Below, piece after piece: positions 1 to 10,472 of a DNA stretch of 64,000 bases; position 1 is the first letter of the stretch, and every line of letters starts with the position of its first letter. The notes below the pieces were generated by a model. The model was not told the origin of the DNA, ran no database searches, and saw only the letters and a list, made by a program, of their open reading frames with translations. The translations under genes and the position numbers were made by a program. The DNA comes from an uncultured Mycoplasma sp. GTDB lineage: Bacteria > Bacillota_I > Bacilli_A > RF39 > UBA660. Where the stretch lies: positions 1,574-65,573 of the forward strand of contig CAMEXD010000006.1 in the NCBI GenBank assembly GCA_945947035.1, in the 5' to 3' direction.

Positions 1-105
1 TATAAATATAAAAATAAAATGTTATTAACTAAAGGTGAAAAGTATTTTTTTACTATTGATGAGATTAGAAAAGTTTTAAAAGAATTAAATAAGAAAAGAT
101 TTTAA
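1..105 (+). CDS. 3' end of a CDS running in from upstream (partial, unknown product)
   Basis: Open frame 1-105 (YKYKNKMLLTKGEKYFFTIDEIRKVLKELNKKRF*) followed by a terminator. Confidence 0.55.
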   Translation, partial: YKYKNKMLLTKGEKYFFTIDEIRKVLKELNKKRF

Positions 106-112
106 TAATATT

Positions 113-142
113 AAAAAGGTAACCTTTATTGGTTACCTTTTT
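113..142. terminator. Bidirectional intrinsic terminator
   Basis: aaaaaggtaacc-tttatt-ggttaccttttt perfect 12-bp stem with A/T tracts on both sides. Confidence 0.8.
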
Positions 143-237
143 AAGCGGCGCTTGGCGCCAACACGGGTTTGATCAATCAAAACAAATTGATAGACCAATA
201 TAGATATAATATCTATATTAGCATTATATCCATTTAC
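143..237 (-). ncRNA. Candidate structured small RNA, family not recognised
   Basis: GC-rich hairpin cluster in AT-rich intergenic DNA; minus-strand TTTACA(272-267)-17-TATAAT(249-244) promoter and terminator at 113-142. Confidence 0.35.
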
Positions 238-527
238 AAGAAAATTATATCAAAATTATTTATAAATGTAAATAATTATAATTGCAATATTTTTCCTGTT
301 AAGATTTATTATTTTATATTATAGTTAAATAAAAATCAAGTAATTATTTAGAAAATCATTAATTTTTAATATAAAAACTATTGAAATATATATAAAAAAG
401 ATTTACAATTAACTTGTAAGGATAACTTACAAATTATTTTAAAGAATAAAGAGGACACAATAATTATTTGTTACATTTTATGTAGTAGAGATATTTTGTG
501 TTTTTTTATTCTAAAAGAGGAGATTTT

Positions 528-1256
528 ATGAATAATAAAGAAAAATTTTATGCAGAATTAAAAGGAGTTTATGCTTATTTTTTTGAATGGAAAGAGGCAA
601 TTGAAAGAAATAAAAATAATTATTCTAAAGAAGAATATCAGTTTCAATTAGATACTTTACAAAGTTTAAGAGCACAATTAAAGTTTTTTGGAAATAAGGC
701 TTGGGAGGAAATCGAAAAATCAACTTTACCATATAAAGAAAACATAGAAACTGAAGAAGAACAAAGAAATAGAGTTCAAAAAATAGTGACATTTAAAAAT
801 TATGCAAATAATTATTATGATGATTATCTTGAAGTCTATGATAAATTACAAAATACAGAAGATCCTGAAGAACATGAATCATTAAATAGAGAAATTGGAT
901 TTTATTTAGATGCAATAAAATCAAGCAATTATAAATTTGAAAAAGCTATAATAGATGAAAATAGAGAAAAAATTATAGATATAGTAAGTATTTTAGATCA
1001 AACTCATGTTATGTCATTTGATCCATTTAAAATAGATCATGATAGACATATAATTTTAAAGAGTAAAGATGAACTTGCTGCAGAAAGAGATATTATTTTA
1101 GGAATGTCTGATTCAGCTTTTGATAGATTTGATCAAGCTAAGAAAAAAGGAATTATTGATTTGCTTAATAAACTATATGATTCTTACATAAGTGATGCTT
1201 TAATTATGGAAGAAATAGAAAAAGAAAATCAAGATGTTGTTGTAAGAAAAAAATAA
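528..1256 (+). CDS. Hypothetical acidic helical protein
   Basis: ORF track 498-1256; ATG at 528 follows SD aggag; terminator at 1263-1302. Confidence 0.75.
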   Translation: MNNKEKFYAELKGVYAYFFEWKEAIERNKNNYSKEEYQFQLDTLQSLRAQLKFFGNKAWEEIEKSTLPYKENIETEEEQRNRVQKIVTFKNYANNYYDDYLEVYDKLQNTEDPEEHESLNREIGFYLDAIKSSNYKFEKAIIDENREKIIDIVSILDQTHVMSFDPFKIDHDRHIILKSKDELAAERDIILGMSDSAFDRFDQAKKKGIIDLLNKLYDSYISDALIMEEIEKENQDVVVRKK

Positions 1257-1399
1257 AAATACAAACGTGTTAAATTTATTAAATTAATTTACACGTTTTT
1301 TTATTAATAATCATAACTATCGTAATTCATATCGTATTTTTATTGATTTATTTATTTTAATTTGTTAAAATATTTATAGACAATAGGAGATGAGTACTT

Positions 1400-2890
1400 A
1401 TGAATAATGAAAATAATAACGAACTAAATAATGAATTAAATGATAATTTTAATGTCAAATTTAATAATAGTCCAGATATTACAGAAGAAGATAATGTTAA
1501 TACTGTTAATCAAATGAATAATTTTCTAGGATCTAATGTAATTGGAACAAATCTTGATACTGCAACATTACAAGAAATTGATGAAATTGGAAATAATGCT
1601 TCAGTTTCTAATAATTATCAAGAAACTAAAGGTGAAAATAAAGTAGATACTGGAGTTGATAAACCTTTAAAAGTTCCTGAAACAGATGCTAAAAAGCAAA
1701 GATTTAAATATCAAATTATTAATAGTCAAGGTGAAAAAGTAAAAGGATATATTGATGCTCATAATATTAGTGAAGTAAAAGCTTATTTAGATAATGAAGG
1801 TTACCAAACAGTTAGAGTTGAACCTAGTAAAGATATCGTTTTGGGTAGTGGAAAATTAAGTTATAGTGAACTTGCTTTTATTCTTACTCAGTTATCTACT
1901 TATTTAAAATCAGGTATACCTTTAATAGATTCAATTAGAATTCTTGAAAAACAATCAGTTAAGCCTGAAAAAAGAAGAATCTTTTCAAATATAACTTATG
2001 AGCTTGTAAAAGGAGAAAGTTTTTCAAGTGCATTAGAGGCACAAGGAAATGTATTTCCATCATTTTTAATTAATATGGTAAAAACAGCAGAAATGACTGG
2101 AGATTTGCCTGAAATTCTAGATGATATGACCGAATATTATACAACAACTGATAGAACAAGAAAAGCTGCGATAAGTGCTATGACATATCCAACAATCATC
2201 TTTATTTTTGCCATAGCAGTAATTACTTTTATTTTAACTTATGTTATTCCAACATTTGTTGGAATCTTTGAAGATAATAATGCTAAAATTCCTACGATGA
2301 CAAGGATTGTAATTAATGTTAGTAACTTTATAAGAAGCAATGGTTTTTATATTGTAGGTGTTCTTGCTCTTATCTTAATTGTTTATGCGATTTTATATAA
2401 AAACGTTAAATCATTTAAAAAAGCAATGCAAACTTTTTATATGAAATTACCTATATTTGGTAAAATGATTATTTATAAAGAAGTAGCAATGTTTACTAAA
2501 ACATTTGCATCACTTTTAAATCATAATGTATTTATAACTGATTCTATGAAAATACTTAGTCAAGTAACAACTAATGAGGTTTATACTGAAATTATTCAAG
2601 ACTCACTATCTTACCTTTCAAAAGGCGCAAAAATAAGTGATTCATTTAAAGGAAAATGGGCTTTTCCAGTTGTTGCTTATGAAATGCTTGTAACTGGTGA
2701 AAATACAGGAAGACTTGCAGTAATGATGGATTATGTAGCAAAATATTATGATGATTTACACTCTAATTATGTTAAAAGAATTAATACCCTAATTGAACCA
2801 TTTATGATTATTCTTTTAGCAATAATCGTTGGCATCGTTGTTTTATCAGTCCTTATTCCAATGCTTAGCTTATATTCACAAATTGCGTGA
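1400..2890 (+). CDS. pilC: Type IV pilus/T2SS F-family platform protein (PilC/ComGB-like) with Asn-rich N-terminal extension
   Basis: FLTQLSTYLKSGIPLIDS, GESFSSAL, FPSFLINMVKTAEMTGDL, GENTGRL, LIEP motifs; three TM segments. Confidence 0.9.
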   Translation: MNNENNNELNNELNDNFNVKFNNSPDITEEDNVNTVNQMNNFLGSNVIGTNLDTATLQEIDEIGNNASVSNNYQETKGENKVDTGVDKPLKVPETDAKKQRFKYQIINSQGEKVKGYIDAHNISEVKAYLDNEGYQTVRVEPSKDIVLGSGKLSYSELAFILTQLSTYLKSGIPLIDSIRILEKQSVKPEKRRIFSNITYELVKGESFSSALEAQGNVFPSFLINMVKTAEMTGDLPEILDDMTEYYTTTDRTRKAAISAMTYPTIIFIFAIAVITFILTYVIPTFVGIFEDNNAKIPTMTRIVINVSNFIRSNGFYIVGVLALILIVYAILYKNVKSFKKAMQTFYMKLPIFGKMIIYKEVAMFTKTFASLLNHNVFITDSMKILSQVTTNEVYTEIIQDSLSYLSKGAKISDSFKGKWAFPVVAYEMLVTGENTGRLAVMMDYVAKYYDDLHSNYVKRINTLIEPFMIILLAIIVGIVVLSVLIPMLSLYSQIA

Positions 2891-2897
2891 GGTTAGT

Positions 2898-3668
2898 ATG
2901 GAATTTGTGAATATAATTCTTTTCTTTATTTTAGGAACTGTTTTAGGTAGCTTTTATAATGTAGTAGGGTTTAGATTATCTAATGATGGATCTTTAATTA
3001 ATCCGAAAAATAGTTATTGTCCCAATTGTAAAGAAAGATTAAAATGGAAAGATTTAATACCAATTTTGTCATATCTATTTTTAAAAGGTAAATGTAGATA
3101 TTGTGGTAAAAAAATATCAATATTTTATCCTGCAGTTGAGTTTTTTACAGGGGTATTATTTGCAGTTTGTTATTATTCATTTGGTTTTAGTTATGATCTT
3201 ATTATTTCACTTCTACTTGTAAGTTATTTTGCAATAGTTATTGTAAGTGATTTAAATTACTATATCATTCCTGATCAAGTAACAATTGTTATAGGAATAC
3301 TTATTTTAATAGTAAATATTCTTAAATATGGTTTTATTGGATCTTTAGGATATTTGATTTCTGGAATTATAATGTTTTTATTTATGTATTTAGTGGGAAT
3401 AATTGGAAGTTTTATGTTTAAACAAGAAGCTTTAGGAGGAGGAGACATAAAATTATTGTTTGTTTTAGGTCTTACACTTCCTCTTACTTTATCTTTTTTA
3501 GGAATAGTTTTAGCAACACTTCTTGCTTTTCCAATTTCGCTATATTTTACGATAAAAAATAAAGATAAAATAATACCATTTGGACCATTTTTAATTGCAG
3601 CTTTTTTGATACTTTATTTATCAAAAATAGATGTAAGTGTGATATATAATTTTTTTAATATAATTTAA
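2898..3668 (+). CDS. pilD: Prepilin peptidase / N-methyltransferase
   Basis: GSFYNV, SYCPNC, IPILSYLFLKGKCRYC, SDL, GGGDIKL, IPFGPF motifs. Confidence 0.95.
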   Translation: MEFVNIILFFILGTVLGSFYNVVGFRLSNDGSLINPKNSYCPNCKERLKWKDLIPILSYLFLKGKCRYCGKKISIFYPAVEFFTGVLFAVCYYSFGFSYDLIISLLLVSYFAIVIVSDLNYYIIPDQVTIVIGILILIVNILKYGFIGSLGYLISGIIMFLFMYLVGIIGSFMFKQEALGGGDIKLLFVLGLTLPLTLSFLGIVLATLLAFPISLYFTIKNKDKIIPFGPFLIAAFLILYLSKIDVSVIYNFFNII

Positions 3669-3717
3669 AAAAATAATGGTAATAATAAAAACTTCGATTA
3701 AGTTTAATCGAAGTTTT

Positions 3718-3978
3718 TTATAAATATTTTTTATATCCTTTATATTTATTATATAACTCAATTATTTTATTATATACATTAGGACTAAGCTTTTCTTTTA
3801 ATTCCATAAATATAGATGCAGGATCATTTTTTGCAATATATCTCCAATATTTTTTAATATAAAAATATATAATATCAAGTTCTTCATTAGTTAATTTTAT
3901 ATTTTGTTTATAACTAAACTTTAAAATATCTTCTTTAGTTAGTTTATTAATATATTTTTCAAGCATTTTTTCATACAT
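3718..3978 (-). CDS. Small protein, resembles DUF2624/YqfT family
   Basis: ORF track; ATG at 3978 after SD aaggtg; INKLTKEDILKFSYKQNIKLT pattern. Confidence 0.5.
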   Translation of the reverse strand: MYEKMLEKYINKLTKEDILKFSYKQNIKLTNEELDIIYFYIKKYWRYIAKNDPASIFMELKEKLSPNVYNKIIELYNKYKGYKKYL

Positions 3979-4039
3979 AATCTTCACCTTTATATTTTAT
4001 TATATGCAAGTTTTTTTGATTTTGTATCACAATAATAAT

Positions 4040-6097
4040 ATGAAAAGAATTAAAAGAAAAAAATTAAATAAAATGCGTTCAACTGATGTAAGCGATAAAA
4101 GAATAAACTTTTTAAAAGTAATATCTTTTATCTTTTTTGGCATTATCTTGGGAAGAATATTTTATCTTAATGTTTTTTATAAAGATTATTATACGATGAT
4201 TTTAAATAATAAAACTAAAATTATTGTGGAACAAGAAGATGCTCCACGTGGCAGAATACTTGATCGTAATGGTAAGGTTTTAGTAGATAATAAAGAAGTT
4301 AGAAAAATATATTATTTAAAAGACAAAAATATTACAACTAAAGAAGAAATAGAAATGTGTTATAAATTAAAAGATATTTTAGATCTTCCTTATGATAATT
4401 TACTTACTAGGAATTTAAAAGAATTTTATATTATTGTCTATGAAGAAGAAGCAAATAAAAAAATTACTTCTGAAGAATATGAAGATTTAAAAAACAGAAA
4501 ATTAACTGAAAATGAAGTGTATGAGTTAAAAATAGAAAGAATAACTAAAGAAGATTTAAGTGTTTTTAATCTTGATGATAAAAAAAGTGCTTATATTTAT
4601 TATCTTATGAATAAAGGATATTCTACTGACATGAAAACTATAAAAATAGATGCAACATATGAAGAATATGCCTATATTTCAGAAAGAATTGAAGAATTTA
4701 AAGGGTTTAATACTAAACTTGATTGGGAAAGAACTTATCCTTATGAAAATACTATAAGAAGTATTTTAGGTAGTGTTTCAGATAGTGAAACAGGAATACC
4801 AAAAGAAAAAGCAAGTTATTATTTAAGCCAAGGGTATGAATTGGATGATAGAGTAGGAATATCTGGTTTAGAAGAATATTACGATAAATATTTAAGAGGA
4901 GAAAAAGCAAAGTATCAAATAATGGAAGATGGTTCATTAGAAAAAATAAGTGATGCTAAAGCTGGTAATGATATTGTTTTATCAATAGATATTGATTTGC
5001 AGATTCAAATTGAAGATATGATGAAAGAAGAAGTTGTAAAAGCAAAAAGTGAACCTCATACTAAGTTTTATAATAGAAGTTTTGTAGTTATTCAAAATCC
5101 TAAAACAGGTGAAATATATTCTATGGCAGGAGTTCAAACCTTTAAAGAAAAAGGAAAATATGTAACTTATGATTATAGTATTGGCCCAATTGTATCAACT
5201 ATAACGCCAGGATCTGTAGTAAAAGGTGCAAGTATCATTGTTGGATATAATACGGGTGTTATAGATATTGGTACTACTATGCTTGACAGTTGCATTAAAT
5301 TTTTAAATATGCCTGAGAAATGTTCTTGGAAAAGTCTTGGTTATATAAATGATCTTGATGCTTTAAAGTGGTCTAGCAATATCTATCAATTTAAAATTGC
5401 CATGATGGTCGGAGGGCAAAGTTATAAATATAATTCAATGTTAGATCTTGATTTAAGTGCTTTTGATACTTACAGGAAGACATTTTATCAATTTGGTTTG
5501 GGAGTTAAAACAGGAATTGATTATCCAATTGAAGAAACAGGAGTAAAAGGAAAATCTATTGCATCTGATCTTTTAATAAACTATGCAATTGGCCAATATG
5601 ATACTTATACAACCCTTCAATTGTCACAATATATATCAACAATTGCCAATGATGGCTCAAGAGTAAAACCAAGATTTTTAAAAAGTGTTATTGATAGTAA
5701 TACAAATGAAGTAATATATGAATCTCCTACTATTGTTTTAAATAAAGTTGAAACTGAAGAAAAATACTTAAAAAGAGTACAAAAAGGATTTAGGTTGTGT
5801 ATTACTGGTGGAACTTGTGTTGATTATATGGGAAGTGCTTTAAAAGGTGCTGGAAAAACAGGAACAAGTGAAAGTTTTGTAGATGATGGAAGTGGTATTT
5901 ATGATCATCCTACAATGAGTAATAATTTTGTTGGTTATGCTCCATATGATGATCCTGTTATGAGTATTGCAGTATCATCACCTGATGTTTTAGATATGGA
6001 AACAGGAACTTATAGAACAGATGTTAATTATAGAATATCTAAAAAAGCATCTAATATATTTTTTTCACTCTATGATAGTAAAGGAAATAGAAAATAA
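4040..6097 (+). CDS. Class B penicillin-binding protein (PbpA/PbpH-like transpeptidase)
   Basis: N-terminal TM, APRGRILDRNG, SVVK (SxxK), SSN (SxN), KTG motifs. Confidence 0.92.
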   Translation: MKRIKRKKLNKMRSTDVSDKRINFLKVISFIFFGIILGRIFYLNVFYKDYYTMILNNKTKIIVEQEDAPRGRILDRNGKVLVDNKEVRKIYYLKDKNITTKEEIEMCYKLKDILDLPYDNLLTRNLKEFYIIVYEEEANKKITSEEYEDLKNRKLTENEVYELKIERITKEDLSVFNLDDKKSAYIYYLMNKGYSTDMKTIKIDATYEEYAYISERIEEFKGFNTKLDWERTYPYENTIRSILGSVSDSETGIPKEKASYYLSQGYELDDRVGISGLEEYYDKYLRGEKAKYQIMEDGSLEKISDAKAGNDIVLSIDIDLQIQIEDMMKEEVVKAKSEPHTKFYNRSFVVIQNPKTGEIYSMAGVQTFKEKGKYVTYDYSIGPIVSTITPGSVVKGASIIVGYNTGVIDIGTTMLDSCIKFLNMPEKCSWKSLGYINDLDALKWSSNIYQFKIAMMVGGQSYKYNSMLDLDLSAFDTYRKTFYQFGLGVKTGIDYPIEETGVKGKSIASDLLINYAIGQYDTYTTLQLSQYISTIANDGSRVKPRFLKSVIDSNTNEVIYESPTIVLNKVETEEKYLKRVQKGFRLCITGGTCVDYMGSALKGAGKTGTSESFVDDGSGIYDHPTMSNNFVGYAPYDDPVMSIAVSSPDVLDMETGTYRTDVNYRISKKASNIFFSLYDSKGNRK

Positions 6098-6169
6098 AGG
6101 TACAATTATAAAACCTTTATTTTTTCTTTAAAAATAAGAATTAAAATGGTACAATATCTATAGGAGTTA

Positions 6170-7075
6170 TTGTTTATGAATGAATTTGATATTGTTTGTA
6201 AAAATTTTTTAGATTTTCTAGATTCTCAAAAAAACTATTCACATCTTACGATTGAAAATTATAAGGAAGACTTGAATTTTTTTGAAAACTATTTAGAAAA
6301 AGAACAAATAGATTTTAAAGATATTATCTATTCTGATATAAAAGGATTTTATAATTATTTAGAAACAAAAAAATATAGTAAGAATACTATAGCAAGACAT
6401 ATCAGTGCTTTAAGAAGTTTTTATAAATATTTAGCTTTTAATAAAATAATAAAATCAAATCCATTTAGTTTGGCAACTTTGCCTAAAAAAGATAAGTTGT
6501 TACCTAAGTTTTTATATTATAATGAATTAGAAGAGATGTTTAATGCAATTTCTGATAAAACACCATTAGATAAAAGAAATAGATGTATTTTAGAACTTTT
6601 ATATGCAACTGGAGTACGTGTTAGTGAACTTGTAAATATAAAACTTAATGATATTAACTTTAGTGATATGTCTATCAAAGTACTTGGAAAAGGTAATAAA
6701 GAAAGAATTGTATATTATGGTAGCTATGCAAGTTTTTATTTAGAAGAATACTTAAATAATTCAAGAAACATTCTTTTAAAAGATAAAACTAGTGATTATT
6801 TATTAATAAATAGTAAAGGTTTTAATATGACAACTCGTTCTATTGAACTTATTATTAAAGATATAATAACTAAAACAAGCATAAAATCTAATATAACACC
6901 ACATACCATAAGGCATACTTTTGCAACTCATCTTTTAAATGAAGGTTGTGATATCTTAAGTGTTCAAGAGCTTTTAGGACATGAAAGTCTTAAAGCAACT
7001 CAAGTATATACTCATATAACTAATGATGAATTAAAAAATATATATTTAAATTGTCATCCTAGAAATAAGAAATAA
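6170..7075 (+). CDS. xerC: Tyrosine recombinase XerC/XerD family
   Basis: LYATGVRVSEL, GKGNKER, TPHTIRHTFATHLL, LLGHESLKATQVYTH. Confidence 0.9.
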   Translation: MFMNEFDIVCKNFLDFLDSQKNYSHLTIENYKEDLNFFENYLEKEQIDFKDIIYSDIKGFYNYLETKKYSKNTIARHISALRSFYKYLAFNKIIKSNPFSLATLPKKDKLLPKFLYYNELEEMFNAISDKTPLDKRNRCILELLYATGVRVSELVNIKLNDINFSDMSIKVLGKGNKERIVYYGSYASFYLEEYLNNSRNILLKDKTSDYLLINSKGFNMTTRSIELIIKDIITKTSIKSNITPHTIRHTFATHLLNEGCDILSVQELLGHESLKATQVYTHITNDELKNIYLNCHPRNKK

Positions 7076-7088
7076 GGAGGAAAATTTT

Positions 7089-8534
7089 ATGAAAATAGAT
7101 AATATTATTGATATCTTAAATAAAGATAATTTAATTAAAGAAAAAAATGTAAAAAATGATACTATATCATATATTACTTATAATTCAAAAGAGGTAAAAG
7201 ATAATACATTATTTATATGTAAAGGTTTTACGTTTAAAGAAGATTATTTAATTGATGCCAAAAAAAATGGGGCGACAATTTATGTCAGTGAAAAAAAATA
7301 TGATATAGATATGGATTATATTATTGTATCAGATGTTAGAAAAAGTATGGCTTTAATTGCTAAAGAGTTTTATAAATTAGATAAACCTTTAACAAAAATA
7401 GGTATAACTGGTACCAAAGGAAAAACAACAACTGTTTATTTTATAAAAAATATTCTAGAAAAGCATTTTAAAACAAAAACAGCTTATATTTCTACTATTT
7501 CTTATTATACTGGAAAAGAAGTTAAAGAATCTGTAAATACAACACCTGAATCATTAGATTTAAATAAGTATTTTAAGGAAATTGAAGAAAATGGTTTAAG
7601 TAGTGTTGTTATGGAAGTATCAAGTCAAGCAGAAAAATTAGATCGTATATATGGACAAACTTTTTCCTATGGAGCATTTTTAAATATTGGTATTGATCAT
7701 ATTTCTAAAACTGAACATGAAAATTTTGATGATTACCTAAATTGTAAAATTAATTTTTTGAAAAAATGTGATAAGGTTTTTGTTTATAAAGAAACAGATT
7801 ATTTTGATAGAATAAAAAATAGTTTACCTGATAAAAATATTATTACATTTGGTTTTGATGCTTCATGTAATTATGTCATAAAACAAATTGAATCTAATAA
7901 TGATGAACTTTCTTTTAAGGTTAATGATAAACCTTATAAAATTAAAATAAAAGGGGATTTTAATTGTATTAATGCAAGTTGTGCTATAGCAATATGTAGT
8001 GAAATGAAAATAAGTTATGATGATATTTATAATGGTTTATATAATACTTTAGTACCTGGTAGAATGGAATATGTTAAAGACTTTATCTGTCCTATTATAG
8101 TGGATTATGCTCATAATAAATTATCAATAGAAACTTTAATTAATTCATTAAGAACAGAATATAAAAATAAAAATTTTAAATTAGTGATGGGTCTTCCTGG
8201 TGATAAAGCAAAAAATAGAAGAAGTGAACTTGCTAGTCTTTTTGACAAGTTTAGCAAAGTTTATTTGACTATGGATCATCCAGGGCATGAAGAAGTAGAA
8301 GATATTTGTAATGAAGTTATATCATATGTAAATTGTGATACACCATATGAAATAATAACAGATAGAACTTGTGCGATAGATACTTGTATGAAAGAAGCAA
8401 CAAAAGATGATGTTATTTTAATCCTTGGTAAAGGATCTGAAGACTATCAACTAATTAAGGGACAAAAAATTCCTTATGAAGGTGATATAAAAGTTGTAAA
8501 TAAAATAATGGAGGATACTTATGGAAAAAATTAG
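7089..8534 (+). CDS. murE: UDP-N-acetylmuramoyl-tripeptide synthetase (MurE)
   Basis: GITGTKGKTT, NTTPES, MEVSS, GRME, VDYAHN, GKGSEDYQ. Confidence 0.85.
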   Translation: MKIDNIIDILNKDNLIKEKNVKNDTISYITYNSKEVKDNTLFICKGFTFKEDYLIDAKKNGATIYVSEKKYDIDMDYIIVSDVRKSMALIAKEFYKLDKPLTKIGITGTKGKTTTVYFIKNILEKHFKTKTAYISTISYYTGKEVKESVNTTPESLDLNKYFKEIEENGLSSVVMEVSSQAEKLDRIYGQTFSYGAFLNIGIDHISKTEHENFDDYLNCKINFLKKCDKVFVYKETDYFDRIKNSLPDKNIITFGFDASCNYVIKQIESNNDELSFKVNDKPYKIKIKGDFNCINASCAIAICSEMKISYDDIYNGLYNTLVPGRMEYVKDFICPIIVDYAHNKLSIETLINSLRTEYKNKNFKLVMGLPGDKAKNRRSELASLFDKFSKVYLTMDHPGHEEVEDICNEVISYVNCDTPYEIITDRTCAIDTCMKEATKDDVILILGKGSEDYQLIKGQKIPYEGDIKVVNKIMEDTYGKN

Positions 8535-9897
8535 AATTAAAGAAATTAGAGATTTTTTAAATGGTGAATTTATTAATTCTACTAAAAATTATAATATAGA
8601 TAATATTTCAACCAATAGTAAAGATGTTACTAGTAGTTCTTTATTTATTCCTATAATTGGAGAAAATCATGATGGCCATAATTTTATGGAAGATGCTTAT
8701 AATAATGGCTGTAAAAACTTTTTAATAGATAAGAATCATACCTTTGATAAAACTGATGTTAATTTAATAAAGGTAGATGATACAACAATTGCTTTAGGAA
8801 ATCTTGCTTCCGCTTATAAAGAAATGTTTAAAGTAGTATGCGTTGGAGTAACAGGAAGTGTTGGTAAAACATCAACTAGAGATATTATTTATTCTGTTAT
8901 AAGTAAACAATACAAAACACTTAAAAATGAAGGCAATTTGAATAATAATATTGGTATTCCTAAAACTTTATTTAACCTAGATAAAAGTTATAAAGTTGCA
9001 GTTATTGAAATGGGTATGAATCATAAAGGCGAAATTAAATATTTAACTGATATGGTAAATCCTTATATTGCGGTCATTTCTAATATTGGATTATCTCATA
9101 TTGAAAACTTTGAAAATCAAGAAGAAATTTTTAAAGCAAAAATGGAAATAACTTCTAATTTTAATAAAAACAATATTTTGATAGTTAATGGCGATGATCC
9201 TTATTTAAAAAAAGTTAAACCTAAAAATCCTGAATATAGAGTTTATACTTATGGTTTTTCTAAATCAAATGATATTTATTGTACTAATTATGTAATAGGA
9301 AAAGACTATATTGATTTTACTTGTATCATTAATTATAACGAAGAGTATTTTAGAATTCCAACTATTGCCAAACATAATATTTATAATGCTATGGCTGCGA
9401 TACTTGTTGCCATAAACCTTAATATTGGACTTCCTAAAATAAAGGAAGGATTAAGAAATTTTACACTAACTAAAGGAAGACAAACTATTATAGAAAAAAA
9501 ATATCTAACTATAATTGATGATAGTTATAACGCTAGTTTAGATTCCGTTAAAAGTGCAGTTGATGTTTTAAATAATTTTAAAACAAGAAGAGTTGCTATT
9601 TTAGGAGATATTCTTGAAACAGGATCTTATAATGAAGAAATTCACAAAAATATTGGAGCATATCTACCTAAAAAAATTGACTTTTTAATTGCAGTAGGTC
9701 CTTCTTCAAAATATATAATAGATGAAGCTATAAAACAAGGATTTAATAAAGATAACATTGTTCATTTTGACACCTATGAAAATCTTTTAACTAACATAAC
9801 AAAATTACTACAAAAAAATGATACAGTTTTAGTAAAAGCATCTCATGGTATTAAATTATATGAAGTAGTGGAGTATTTAAACAAATTTTATGAATAA
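8521..9897 (+). CDS. murF: UDP-MurNAc-tripeptide--D-Ala-D-Ala ligase
   Basis: GENHDGH, GVTGSVGKTST, NNNIGIP, EMGMNH, DDSYNAS, KASHG. Confidence 0.93.
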   Translation: MEKIRIKEIRDFLNGEFINSTKNYNIDNISTNSKDVTSSSLFIPIIGENHDGHNFMEDAYNNGCKNFLIDKNHTFDKTDVNLIKVDDTTIALGNLASAYKEMFKVVCVGVTGSVGKTSTRDIIYSVISKQYKTLKNEGNLNNNIGIPKTLFNLDKSYKVAVIEMGMNHKGEIKYLTDMVNPYIAVISNIGLSHIENFENQEEIFKAKMEITSNFNKNNILIVNGDDPYLKKVKPKNPEYRVYTYGFSKSNDIYCTNYVIGKDYIDFTCIINYNEEYFRIPTIAKHNIYNAMAAILVAINLNIGLPKIKEGLRNFTLTKGRQTIIEKKYLTIIDDSYNASLDSVKSAVDVLNNFKTRRVAILGDILETGSYNEEIHKNIGAYLPKKIDFLIAVGPSSKYIIDEAIKQGFNKDNIVHFDTYENLLTNITKLLQKNDTVLVKASHGIKLYEVVEYLNKFYE

Positions 9898-10435
9898 ACC
9901 AAAACTTTTGCTTCACTCTTGTTGTGGTCCTTGTAGCAGTTATGTTCTTTCTTATTTAAAAGAAGATTTTGATATTACTTTACTTTATTATAATCCCAAT
10001 ATTTATCCTAGAAAAGAATATTATAAAAGATATGATGAACAAAAAAGATTAATAAAAGAAATGTTTAATGATGAAATTAAAATTATGAAGTGCAATTACG
10101 TTCCTTTAGTTTACTTTTTTAAAGCATTTAAAAGAAGAAAAGATAAAGAAGGACAAAAAAGGTGCCATATCTGTTATGAACTTAGAATGAAAAAATGCGC
10201 TAAACTTGCAAAGAAGAATAATTTTGATTACTTTACAACAACTTTATCAGTTAGTCCTTATAAAAATAGTGATGTTTTAAATGAAATAGGTAAATCTTTA
10301 CAAGATAAGTACCATATTAATTATTTAGAATCTAATTTTAAAAAGAAAGATGGTTATAAAAAATCAATTGAATATTCAAAAAAGTATAACTTATATCGTC
10401 AAAACTATTGTGGTTGTAAATATAGTAAGCATTAA
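9890..10435 (+). CDS. queH: Epoxyqueuosine reductase QueH (DUF208)
   Basis: LLHSCCGPCS, YNPNIYP, RCHIC, FTTTLSVSP, YRQNYCGC. Confidence 0.93.
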   Translation: MNKPKLLLHSCCGPCSSYVLSYLKEDFDITLLYYNPNIYPRKEYYKRYDEQKRLIKEMFNDEIKIMKCNYVPLVYFFKAFKRRKDKEGQKRCHICYELRMKKCAKLAKKNNFDYFTTTLSVSPYKNSDVLNEIGKSLQDKYHINYLESNFKKKDGYKKSIEYSKKYNLYRQNYCGCKYSKH

Positions 10436-10465
10436 AAAATGAACTTAAATTAAGTTCATTTTTTT
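10434..10465. terminator. Bidirectional terminator between queH and lexA
   Basis: aaaaaatgaactta-aat-taagttcatttttt. Confidence 0.8.
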
Positions 10466-10472
10466 AAAACCT

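Noticed and set aside
6170-7075. Tyrosine recombinase as a prophage or ICE integrase
   Set aside because: XerC-sized, with no arm-binding domain, embedded in a pbp-mur operon and with no att repeats
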